Sequence record: DRR723986_1354
DNA: 45,884 nt
Direction: 5' to 3' (one strand)
A program made the position numbers and the translations under genes. Shown here piece by piece: positions 37,859 through 45,884 of this stretch. Position 1 is the stretch's first letter; every line of letters starts with the position of its first letter. The notes beneath the pieces were generated by a model. The model was not told the DNA's origin and did no database searches. It was given only the letters and a program-made list of their open reading frames with translations.

Positions 37859-38626
37859 ATGTTCGATCTGGACGGAAAGACCTGTCTGATCACCGGCGGC
37901 GCGGGCTCCATCGGCCTTGCCGCGGCGCGGGTGCTGGCGGAACAGGGGGCACGGCTCGCGCTGGTGGATCTCGACCTCGCGGCGCTCGACAGCGCCTGTG
38001 CCGACAGCTTCGGAGACCGTGCGGCCGAGGTCCTGTGCCTTGCGGCGGATGTGACGGACGAAGGTCAGGTCAAGCGCGCGGTCTCTCGCGCCGCCGCGCA
38101 TTTCGGCGGCCTCGACGTGGTGCTGTCGAACGCCGGGATCTTCGGCACCGTGGCGCCGATCGAGGATTATCCGACCGAGGTCTTCGATCAGGTCATGGCG
38201 GTGCATCTGCGCGGCGCCTTCCTGCTGGCGAAACATGCGGTCCCGCACATGGGCGCGGGCGGCAGCATCGTGCTGACCTCGAGCGTGGCCGCGACCCGCG
38301 GCGATCCGGGCGTCTACGGCTATATCACCGCGAAACACGCCTTGACCGGGCTGATGCGCGTGCTGGCGCGCGACCTTGCCCCCCGCGGCATCCGCGTCAA
38401 CGCCATCGCGCCCGGGCCGGTGTCGAACGGCTTTCAGGCCCGGGTCGAGGATGACCTCGGGCGCATGATCGGGCGCGACGGCACCGCCTTCTTCGACGAG
38501 TTGATCCCCATGGGCCGCCACGCCTCGGCAGAAGAGATCGCCCGTTCGATCCTCTACCTTGCCTCGGCGCAATCGTCCTTTACCACGGGCCATGTGCTGA
38601 TGGCGGACGGGGGGATGTCCGTATGA
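37859..38626 (+). CDS. Short-chain dehydrogenase/reductase
   Basis: TGGAGSIG, SNAG, catalytic YITAK, IRVNAIAPG, DGG. Confidence 0.93.
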   Translation: MFDLDGKTCLITGGAGSIGLAAARVLAEQGARLALVDLDLAALDSACADSFGDRAAEVLCLAADVTDEGQVKRAVSRAAAHFGGLDVVLSNAGIFGTVAPIEDYPTEVFDQVMAVHLRGAFLLAKHAVPHMGAGGSIVLTSSVAATRGDPGVYGYITAKHALTGLMRVLARDLAPRGIRVNAIAPGPVSNGFQARVEDDLGRMIGRDGTAFFDELIPMGRHASAEEIARSILYLASAQSSFTTGHVLMADGGMSV

Positions 38627-38660
38627 CCACTGCCCCGAACCTCGACGGGAAGGAAAGACC

Positions 38661-40388
38661 ATGACCGGAACGATCACCGCAGGCGGCGCCATCTTCGGCA
38701 AGCTCAAGGCGCTTGGGGTCGACTGCGTCTTCGCCAATTCCGGCACGGATTTCCCGCCGATCATCGAAGGCCTGATCGAGGCGCGCCGCGCCGGGCTGGA
38801 TCTGCCGGTGCCGGTGACGGTGCCGCACGAACACGCCGCCGTCTCCATGGCCCATGGCTACTGGCAGGTCACGGGGCGGGCGCAGGCGGTGCTGCTGCAC
38901 ACCAACGTCGGTCTGGCGAACGGGGCCACGGCGGCGATCAACGCGTGGTGCGACCAGGTGCCGATGATCCTGATGTCCGGCCGCACGCCGGTGACGGAGC
39001 ACAGCCGCTTCGGCGCACGCACCGTCCCCATCGGCTGGGGGCAGGAGATGTACGACCAAGAGGCGCTGATCCGCGAGACCACCAAGTGGCACTACGAGCT
39101 GCGCTTTGCCGACCAGATCGCCGAGGTCATGGACCGGGCGTGGGCCATCGCCAATTCCACCCCGAAGGGGCCCGTCTACCTCTCGCTCCCACGCGAGGTT
39201 CTGTGCGAGCCCTGCCCGACGCAGGGGCTGGACGCGCCAGCGCGCATGGCCCCCGTGCTGACGGCCCCCGACCCGGATGCGCTGGCCCGCGCCGCCCGCG
39301 CGCTGGCAGGGGCAGAGAACCCGCTGATCGTCGCGCAGCGCGGCGCCGGCGGCGCGGCGGGCTTCGCCGCGCTGCAAGCCCTATGCGAGACCCATGCCCT
39401 GCCGCTCTCGCATTACTGGTCGAACCAGCTTGCCCTGCCGCTGGGCCATCCCTGCCAGATCGGCGCCGATCCCGGGCCATGGCTGGCCGAGGCCGATGTG
39501 GTGCTGGTGCTCGACGCTCTCGCCCCGTGGTTCCCGGACAAGGTGGCGGTGAACCCGAAGGCCACGATCATCCACGCCGGTCCCGATCCGCTGTTCAGCC
39601 GCACCCCGGTGCGCAACTTCCGCGCCGACATCGCTCTTGCGGGGCCGACCGATCGCGTGATCCGGTCGCTTTCCGACGCCATGGCCGCAGAGCCCGCCGA
39701 CCGCGACCGGATCGCCGCGCGGCGGAGCCGGCTGGCGCAGGCCGCCACGGCGAACCGCGAGGCGGTGCGGGCCTCGGCGCGGCAGGGCGCGACCACGCCG
39801 ATGACCAAGGACTGGGTGAGCCACTGTCTGGGGGAGGCGATCCGCTTTCAGTTCGAAGAGCACGGTCGCCGCGCCACGGTCTTTCACGAGTTGGGCTGCC
39901 CGCTCATGCCGCTGGATCTGGACCAGCCCGACAGCTATTTTCAGGAACCGCATTCGGGCGGTCTTGGCTGGGGCCTGCCCGCCGCCATCGGCGCGCAGAT
40001 GGCCTGCCCGGACCGGCTTGTCTTCGCGACCATGGGCGACGGCAGCTACATGTTCGCCAACCCCACGGCCTGCCACCTTGTCGCCGAAGCGCATGAGGTG
40101 CCGGTGATCGTGCTGGTGCTCAACAACGAGGAATGGGGGGCCGTCCGCCATTCGGTCGAGGGGCTCTACCCCAAGGGCAATGCCCGGTCCGCGAACGAGG
40201 TGCCGCTGACCTCGCTGCGCCCCAGTCCGGATTTCACCCAGACCGCCGCCGCCAGCCGCGCCTGGACCGCGACCGTCACCGAAGGCGCGGATCTGCCCGC
40301 CGCGTTGGAGCGCGCGATTGCCGTGGCCACGACCGAACGGCGGCAGGTGCTGCTCAACATCGCCATTGCCAGAACGGTGCAGCCCTGA
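38661..40388 (+). CDS. Thiamine diphosphate-dependent enzyme (acetolactate synthase/benzoylformate decarboxylase superfamily)
   Basis: FANSGTD, conserved Glu in PHEHAAVSMAHGY, GPVYLSLP, ThDP motif GDGS...NN. Confidence 0.9.
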   Translation: MTGTITAGGAIFGKLKALGVDCVFANSGTDFPPIIEGLIEARRAGLDLPVPVTVPHEHAAVSMAHGYWQVTGRAQAVLLHTNVGLANGATAAINAWCDQVPMILMSGRTPVTEHSRFGARTVPIGWGQEMYDQEALIRETTKWHYELRFADQIAEVMDRAWAIANSTPKGPVYLSLPREVLCEPCPTQGLDAPARMAPVLTAPDPDALARAARALAGAENPLIVAQRGAGGAAGFAALQALCETHALPLSHYWSNQLALPLGHPCQIGADPGPWLAEADVVLVLDALAPWFPDKVAVNPKATIIHAGPDPLFSRTPVRNFRADIALAGPTDRVIRSLSDAMAAEPADRDRIAARRSRLAQAATANREAVRASARQGATTPMTKDWVSHCLGEAIRFQFEEHGRRATVFHELGCPLMPLDLDQPDSYFQEPHSGGLGWGLPAAIGAQMACPDRLVFATMGDGSYMFANPTACHLVAEAHEVPVIVLVLNNEEWGAVRHSVEGLYPKGNARSANEVPLTSLRPSPDFTQTAAASRAWTATVTEGADLPAALERAIAVATTERRQVLLNIAIARTVQP

Positions 40389-40473
40389 CCGGGCAGCGCC
40401 CGACCGGGATACCGGAGCGCGCGAAAAACGGGTAAGGACGCCGGGATCGCCGACCCCGAAGGCATGGAGGCAC

Positions 40474-41370
40474 ATGGACCGGCTGCAGTCCCTCAAGGTT
40501 TTCGTCGCCGTGGCTGAAGCCGAAAGCTTTGCCGGCGGCGCGCGCATGGTGGGCATCAGTGCCCCCTCGGCCACGCGCGGCGTCGGCGCGCTCGAGGCGG
40601 CTTTGGGTGCGAGGCTGTTCACCCGGACCACGCGGCAGGTCCGCCTGACCGAAGTGGGCCGCGCCTACCTCGACGAGGTCCGCGAGATCCTCGCCCGGCT
40701 GTCGGCGGCCGACGATGCGGCGACGGGCGCGGCGGAGCGCCCCGTTGGCAAGCTGCGCATCACCTGCCCGCAGGAGTTCGGGCGGCTTCATGTGGCGCCG
40801 CTGGTGGCGGCGTTCCTCGACCTGCACGAGGGCGTCACGGCCGAGCTTCTGATGCTGGACCGCAGGGTGAACCTCGTGGAGGAAGGGATCGACGTCGCGG
40901 TGCGGATCGGCGCGCTTCCGTCCTCGGATCTCTCGGCGCGAAAGGTCGGAGAGGTGCGCCGCGTCGTCTGTGGCGCGCCTGCCTATTTCGCGCGCCACGG
41001 CCTGCCGCAGGTCCCGGCCGATCTGGCCGGTCATCGGCTGATCGGAACGCCGACCGATACGGCCATCGGGGTCTGGCGTTTCGGCTCCGATGAGACCGAG
41101 GCGGTCAAGGCAAGCCCCCGTCTGGGCATGACCAGCGTGGCCGCCGCCATCGGACTGGCCCGGGACGGCTGGGGATTGACCCGGGCACTGTCCTATCAGG
41201 TGGCCGAGGACGTCAGGGCCGACCGGTTGGGGCTCGTGCTGGAGGACCGAGAGCCCGCGCCCCTGCCCGTCCACCTCGTGCATGTGGAAGGCCGCCGGGC
41301 CGCGGCGAAGGTCAGGGCCTTCCTCGACTTCGCCGCCCCGCGCCTGAAAGCCGTCCTGTCCGGGGGCTGA
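40474..41370 (+). CDS. LysR family regulator (DmlR/CrgA-like)
   Basis: GGAGG RBS; MDRLQSLKVFVAVAE, RLFTRTTRQVRLTE, NLVEEGIDVAVRIG, KVRAFLDF. Confidence 0.93.
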   Translation: MDRLQSLKVFVAVAEAESFAGGARMVGISAPSATRGVGALEAALGARLFTRTTRQVRLTEVGRAYLDEVREILARLSAADDAATGAAERPVGKLRITCPQEFGRLHVAPLVAAFLDLHEGVTAELLMLDRRVNLVEEGIDVAVRIGALPSSDLSARKVGEVRRVVCGAPAYFARHGLPQVPADLAGHRLIGTPTDTAIGVWRFGSDETEAVKASPRLGMTSVAAAIGLARDGWGLTRALSYQVAEDVRADRLGLVLEDREPAPLPVHLVHVEGRRAAAKVRAFLDFAAPRLKAVLSGG

Positions 41371-41414
41371 GTCCGCGCCTTTTCCGAAAGGAAGGCCGCA
41401 GCATCCCGCAGGCC

Positions 41415-41651
41415 CTACCGGCGACGGACGGAATTCCCGCCTGCGATGATGCCGTCGATCAGGGCGGCGACGGCGGCATGAAACTCTGCCATGCCGTCTT
41501 CGCCGGGATCGTTCGAATGCGCGGCAGAGGCATCGCGAAGGATGCCGACGATTTCATGCTCCGGCAAAATGTTGTGGTCATTCAGCGCCAGCAGAAGCGA
41601 CTCGCAGATTGCGAGGGCCGCCACGCCTGACACGTCGGGGGTACTGGACAT
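41415..41651 (-). CDS. Small hypothetical protein (78 aa) divergent from the Crp/Fnr gene
   Basis: MSSTPDVSGVAALAICESLLLAL... has protein-like composition; possible RBS (GGAAGG) upstream; hairpin at 41377-41396 downstream. Confidence 0.6.
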   Translation of the reverse strand: MSSTPDVSGVAALAICESLLLALNDHNILPEHEIVGILRDASAAHSNDPGEDGMAEFHAAVAALIDGIIAGGNSVRRR

Positions 41652-41851
41652 GGACTTGGCCTTCCGTGGGCAGATGTCGTATGTGGGGCGCCCGTCGATG
41701 GGCAGGATTGCACCAGTCTCGCAGGTTCGAAGTACGATGGACTGAGGCAGATCAGTGCCACCGCCGGAATTTGCCTTTATCTCTCGTCTGCACCTATGCC
41801 GCAGCGTCCGTCCTGTCCGACTTTGGACATTTCCCTTCAGAGGAGCGTCTA

Positions 41852-42583
41852 TTGAATGCCATCCAAAGCCCATTCGCGCGCAAGCTGACTGCCTTCGTCG
41901 CCCTGAGCGACAAGGAAATTTCGGCGCTCGACCGGCTGCACGGTCGGCGCAAGGTCTTTCCCGCCGGGAAGGACATGGTGCATCAGGGCCAGTCCGATCA
42001 GGCGGCCTATATTCTGGCATCGGGCTGGGTCTGTTCCTACAAGATCCTCGCGGGCGGCACGCGGCAGGTCGTCGACTTCCAGATCCCCGGCGATTTTCTT
42101 GGTCTGAGGTCGGTTCTGTTCCGCACGTCGGATCACAACATCGAACCCGTCACCAAGGTCGAGGCGTCCGAGGTGCTCGTCAGCGATCTGCTGGAGACCT
42201 TTGGCGAGACGCCACGCCTTGCCACGGCGGTGCTGTGGGCCGCGTCGCGCGACGAGGCCATGGTGGTCGAGCATCTCGTCAGCATCGGTCGCCGGGATGC
42301 GAAGGAGCGTACCGCGCATTTCCTGCTTGAACTGGGCGCGCGTCTCAAACTGGTCGGTCTGGGCACGGCCCTGGGATATGCCTGCCCGCTGTCGCAGTAC
42401 CTTCTGGCCGATACCCTTGGCCTGAGCGCGGTGCACGTGAACCGCGTCCTGCGCGAATTGCGCGAGGACGGTCTGGTCACGTTCCAGCACGGACAGGTCG
42501 AGATCCACGATCTGGACGGGCTGGTGCAGCTTGCAGGGTTCGACAAGACCTATCTCGATCAGGACGGCCCGCTGCTGAAGTGA
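41852..42583 (+). CDS. Crp/Fnr family transcriptional regulator
   Basis: TTG start after GAGGAG; GWVCSYK, QIPGDFLG, SIGRRDAKER, PLSQYLLADTLGLSAVHVNRVLRELR. Confidence 0.9.
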   Translation: MNAIQSPFARKLTAFVALSDKEISALDRLHGRRKVFPAGKDMVHQGQSDQAAYILASGWVCSYKILAGGTRQVVDFQIPGDFLGLRSVLFRTSDHNIEPVTKVEASEVLVSDLLETFGETPRLATAVLWAASRDEAMVVEHLVSIGRRDAKERTAHFLLELGARLKLVGLGTALGYACPLSQYLLADTLGLSAVHVNRVLRELREDGLVTFQHGQVEIHDLDGLVQLAGFDKTYLDQDGPLLK

Positions 42584-42962
42584 CGAGGCTCCGCCCCGCT
42601 GACAGGGGCGCCATCATCGTGCGCCGGGTAGACGACGACCCCCGCCACCCTGTCCGCAGTGCTGTGGCGCGTCTCCGGGACGCTCGCCGCGAAGGCGCGG
42701 TGCAGGGTCGCGGGGCCGGCGCCCTCCTCGCCCGATACCATCCGGCTGTCGCTGGGCGGTGCCGGTCAGGCGGGCTGGCCGGTTTGCCCGTGGGTCGTCG
42801 GCGCGGGTCTCGTCCTACATCCCGGCGACCACTCCGGCGGCGCATGGGCGATCCTTCACCGGTTTCCTGCAGCGCCGTCGCGAGAACTGACACAGGTTAG
42901 TGCAGGCGACCGGTGACTGTATGACGCTGAACTCCGGTTTACCTCGCAGTGAAACAGCTTTC

Positions 42963-44273
42963 ATGCATTTGACTTCAAACGCTTTCCCTGCGCTGCGGCG
43001 CAAGACCTCGGCCGCCGTGATCCAAGGGTGGGTCCGCGCCCCGCTCATGGCCGGAGCGGTCTTGGCAGCGATGGCGGGGCTGGCGGCGGCTCAGGACAGC
43101 GGTGATGCAGACTATGCGATTTCCATTGGCGATGTGCTTCAACTCGACTTCCTCGACGACGAGGCAGAACCCTATGTGGTTTCCGTCGGCGCGGACGGGG
43201 CGGTCCAACTGCCGTTTGTGGGCACCGTGGGCCTGATGGGCATGCCCCTCGCAGAGGCCGGAGAGACCATCGTCGCGCTCTACGTGGACAAGGACATCCT
43301 GATTGCGCCACGGATCGACCTGTCGGTTCTGAACCTTCGGCCCTTTTCCGTTCTGGGCGACGTCACGGCCCCCGGTTTCTTCGACTATCGCCCCGGCATC
43401 TCGGTCGAGCAGGCCGTGGGCCTTGCCGGGGGCCCGGTGCGCCCCGTCGCCGGAGAGGAGGCGCGGTCGTTGCAACGGCTGTCGTTGCGCGCCGAAATCG
43501 CGGTGGTCGAAGCCTCGATGCTGCGCGAGGCAGCGGCTGCGGCACGGCTGACGGCGCAACTTGCGGCGGCCGAGCGGATCGACATCGACGCCGTCCATGT
43601 CGCCGACATCCCGCAACCGGACCGCAGCCTGATCGAGGCACTTGTGGCGCAGGACGATGAAATCATCGCGGCCGAGCGCGTGCATTTCCAGCAATCCCGC
43701 GCGCTGCTCGAACAGGCCATCGTCGAGATCAACCGGCAGATCACGCTGACCCACGAGCAGATCGCGGCGCAACACAGACAGATCGACAGCTACGATGCAG
43801 AGCTTGCCCGCAACGAGGAACTGACCGAGCGGGGGCTTGTGACGGCGCCGGTTCTGGCGCGGCTGCAACGGCAGGTCGCGGATGAAGAGACGACGCTCTT
43901 GCGATTGGAAACGGGCCTTGCCGCAACGCAACGCGAATTGACCGGGCTGCAGCGACAGGTGCTGGACCTCGATTTCGGTCGCGTGCAGCGCTGGCGGCTG
44001 GATCTGGCAGAGGTCAAGACGCGGGCGGCCCAGCTTCGGGCCACGCGGGCGTCGGTGCTGGACAGGCTGGCGCTGCTGGAAGACTGGTCGACGAGGGCCG
44101 CGGGGACCGAGACCGGGCTCAAACTGGAGTACATCGTGCGCCGCCGCACGCCGGACGGCGGGCAGGTCACGATCAGCGTGGGCGGCACCGATCCGCTTGC
44201 CCCGGGCGACGTCCTGATCGTCCGGCTGCTCCGGCCCCTGCCGGCGTCGGCGGACGGGCTGGTACCGGGATGA
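42963..44273 (+). CDS. Polysaccharide export protein (Poly_export/SLBB, ExoF/Wza-like); start uncertain (42921, 42963 or 43047)
   Basis: YAISIGDVL, DGAVQLPFVG, PFSVLGDVTAPG, VEQAVGLAGG, a coiled coil, LAPGDVL. Confidence 0.85.
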   Translation: MHLTSNAFPALRRKTSAAVIQGWVRAPLMAGAVLAAMAGLAAAQDSGDADYAISIGDVLQLDFLDDEAEPYVVSVGADGAVQLPFVGTVGLMGMPLAEAGETIVALYVDKDILIAPRIDLSVLNLRPFSVLGDVTAPGFFDYRPGISVEQAVGLAGGPVRPVAGEEARSLQRLSLRAEIAVVEASMLREAAAAARLTAQLAAAERIDIDAVHVADIPQPDRSLIEALVAQDDEIIAAERVHFQQSRALLEQAIVEINRQITLTHEQIAAQHRQIDSYDAELARNEELTERGLVTAPVLARLQRQVADEETTLLRLETGLAATQRELTGLQRQVLDLDFGRVQRWRLDLAEVKTRAAQLRATRASVLDRLALLEDWSTRAAGTETGLKLEYIVRRRTPDGGQVTISVGGTDPLAPGDVLIVRLLRPLPASADGLVPG

Positions 44274-45884
44274 ACCATCACGCCTCCGATCACGACCCGC
44301 GCTCTTGGCGCCTGACGACACCGCGCACCCCCGAGCCCGACGGCATGGAACTCGCCTCCCTTTTCGCGGCGCTCTGGCGCAACAAATGGCTGATCCTCGT
44401 CTGCATCGCCATGGCCGGAGGCATTGCCTACTCCGTGCTGCGGACCGTGCGTCCGAGCTATTATTCCTTCGCCGAAGTCCTGCTGGACACCCGGCAGGAA
44501 CGTGTCGTCGGGGTGGAGCAGGTGACATCGGACCTGACCGTCACCAATTCCGTCGTCGCGGGCGAGATCGCAGTGATGCGGTCCAACATCCTGCTGGGAC
44601 GGGTGGTCGATGATCTGGGGCTGATGGAACATCCGGATTTCGACCCGCGTCTGGTCGCCCCTCCGGGGCCGCTGCAACGCTGGACGGAGGCCGCGATGGT
44701 AGCCCTCGGTTGGGAGGAAGAGGCCGCCGAGCCGATGCCGACACCCAGCGCGGACTCGAACACGGGGCTCAGCGATCAGGACGCCCGGAACATCGTGATC
44801 TGGCAGGTGCGGCGCAACCTCTCCGTCTACCAGAGCGGGATTTCCTACGTCATCTCCATCTCCGTACAGGCCCATGATCCCGCCATAGCCGCCGCCATCG
44901 CGAACGCGGTCGCCGCGCATTACATCCAGGATCAGCTGGCCGCGAAACTGGCGGCCACCCAGCGCGCCATCACATGGCTCGACAATCGCCTGATCGAGCT
45001 GGAGGGGCAGTTGCGCAACGCCGAGGACGCGGTGGTCGAATTCCGCGCCCAACAGGTGTTGGAGGAAGGCGGCGACGAAGGCAGCGTCGCGCAGCAGTTG
45101 ACCGAGATGAACCGCGCCATCGTCGCGGCGCGCACCGACCGGGCCGCCGCCGAAGCGCGGCTGGCCTATGTGCGCCGCTTGGCGGCCGATGGCGGGCCAG
45201 AGGCCGCGGCGGCCACGCTGAGCACCCCGCGCCTTGCCAGCCTCGACGCCGAATTGGCCAATCTGGAGCGGCAGCGCGCGCAGCTTTCCACCCGACTGGG
45301 GCCGCGCCACCCCGAGATGCTGACGCTGCAACTGGCGATCGACGAACTGCTGCGCGACCGGGGCGCCGCGATCCGCGCCGCCATCAGCGATCTCGAAGCG
45401 GCCGTCGCGCAGGCCTTGGGCAGAGAGACCGCGATCCGGGACGACATCGCCCGGGCGCAGCTTCTGCAGGTGCAGCTGTCCCGCTCTTCGGTTCGGCTCA
45501 GCCAGCTGGGACGCGCCGCCAGCGCGATGCGGCAGGTCTACGAAAGCTTCCTTGCGCGGTTTCAGGAGACGACCCAGCAGCTCGAATTCCAGCGCCCCGA
45601 TGCGCGGGTCATCACCGAGGCGCAGCCGTCCCTTGCGCCCACGCGACCCCGCACAAAGCTGATCCTCGCGGTGGCGCTGGTGCTGGGGGCGATTCTGGGC
45701 GTCGTGGCCTCGTTGATCCGCGCGGCGCTGGATTTCACGGTGCGCACGCCGCGAGAACTGGCGCGCCAGACTGGCTTGCCCGTTCTCGGCGTCCTGCCCC
45801 TGCTGCGCAACATGAACAAGGGATGGCAACGCAGCGAACTGCGGCGGACGAAGCTGTCGCGCTACGCAGAGGGGCTGCGGCAGG
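44270..45884 (+). CDS. GumC/ExoP/Wzc-like polysaccharide co-polymerase, truncated by the window end (not in the ORF track)
   Basis: ATGA overlap with the export gene. Reads MELASLFAALWRNKWLI..EIAVMRS..LGRVVDDLGL..AAAIANAVA..LGPRHPEM..DARVITEA..PTRPR..TGLPVLGVLP; no stop seen before the end. Confidence 0.88.
   Translation, partial: MNHHASDHDPRSWRLTTPRTPEPDGMELASLFAALWRNKWLILVCIAMAGGIAYSVLRTVRPSYYSFAEVLLDTRQERVVGVEQVTSDLTVTNSVVAGEIAVMRSNILLGRVVDDLGLMEHPDFDPRLVAPPGPLQRWTEAAMVALGWEEEAAEPMPTPSADSNTGLSDQDARNIVIWQVRRNLSVYQSGISYVISISVQAHDPAIAAAIANAVAAHYIQDQLAAKLAATQRAITWLDNRLIELEGQLRNAEDAVVEFRAQQVLEEGGDEGSVAQQLTEMNRAIVAARTDRAAAEARLAYVRRLAADGGPEAAAATLSTPRLASLDAELANLERQRAQLSTRLGPRHPEMLTLQLAIDELLRDRGAAIRAAISDLEAAVAQALGRETAIRDDIARAQLLQVQLSRSSVRLSQLGRAASAMRQVYESFLARFQETTQQLEFQRPDARVITEAQPSLAPTRPRTKLILAVALVLGAILGVVASLIRAALDFTVRTPRELARQTGLPVLGVLPLLRNMNKGWQRSELRRTKLSRYAEGLRQ

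Noticed and set aside
42584-42900. Small ORFs or a pseudogene between Crp and the polysaccharide export gene
   Set aside because: No frame gives recognisable motifs or protein-like composition.

Overview
High-GC alphaproteobacterial window; Rhodobacteraceae-like by gene content (inference). It has four blocks. (1) 1-16527: a surface-fibre locus with four secreted DUF11/Ig-repeat proteins (one ending in a very large outer-membrane beta-barrel), a lysozyme-like protein and an embedded phosphorelay (periplasmic Moco-fold protein, hybrid kinase, NarL/LuxR regulator). (2) 16637-27703: a general-stress block (FNT channel, ligD, ku, katE-GT2-ACAD-PIG-L-methyltransferase, Crp/Fnr) with four EcfG-type promoters. 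(3) 27958-41370: TRAP and ABC uptake with a probable aromatic catabolic set (AraC, Vdh-like ALDH, SDR, ThDP enzyme, LysR). (4) 41415-end: a small protein, a second Crp/Fnr and the start of a Wza/Wzc-like exopolysaccharide locus. The best candidate for an undescribed system is block 1. Its DUF11 domains are split: three proteins end in a DUF11 domain lacking the final Asn-bearing beta-hairpin, and two begin with exactly that hairpin. This implies a sortase-independent fibre polymerised head to tail and possibly isopeptide-crosslinked, with a barrel anchor/translocon, major subunit, tip subunit and non-covalent chaperone/cap. A shared operator-like box and a structured sRNA candidate lie in the same locus. 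All calls come from reading the sequence; no searches or structure predictions were run.
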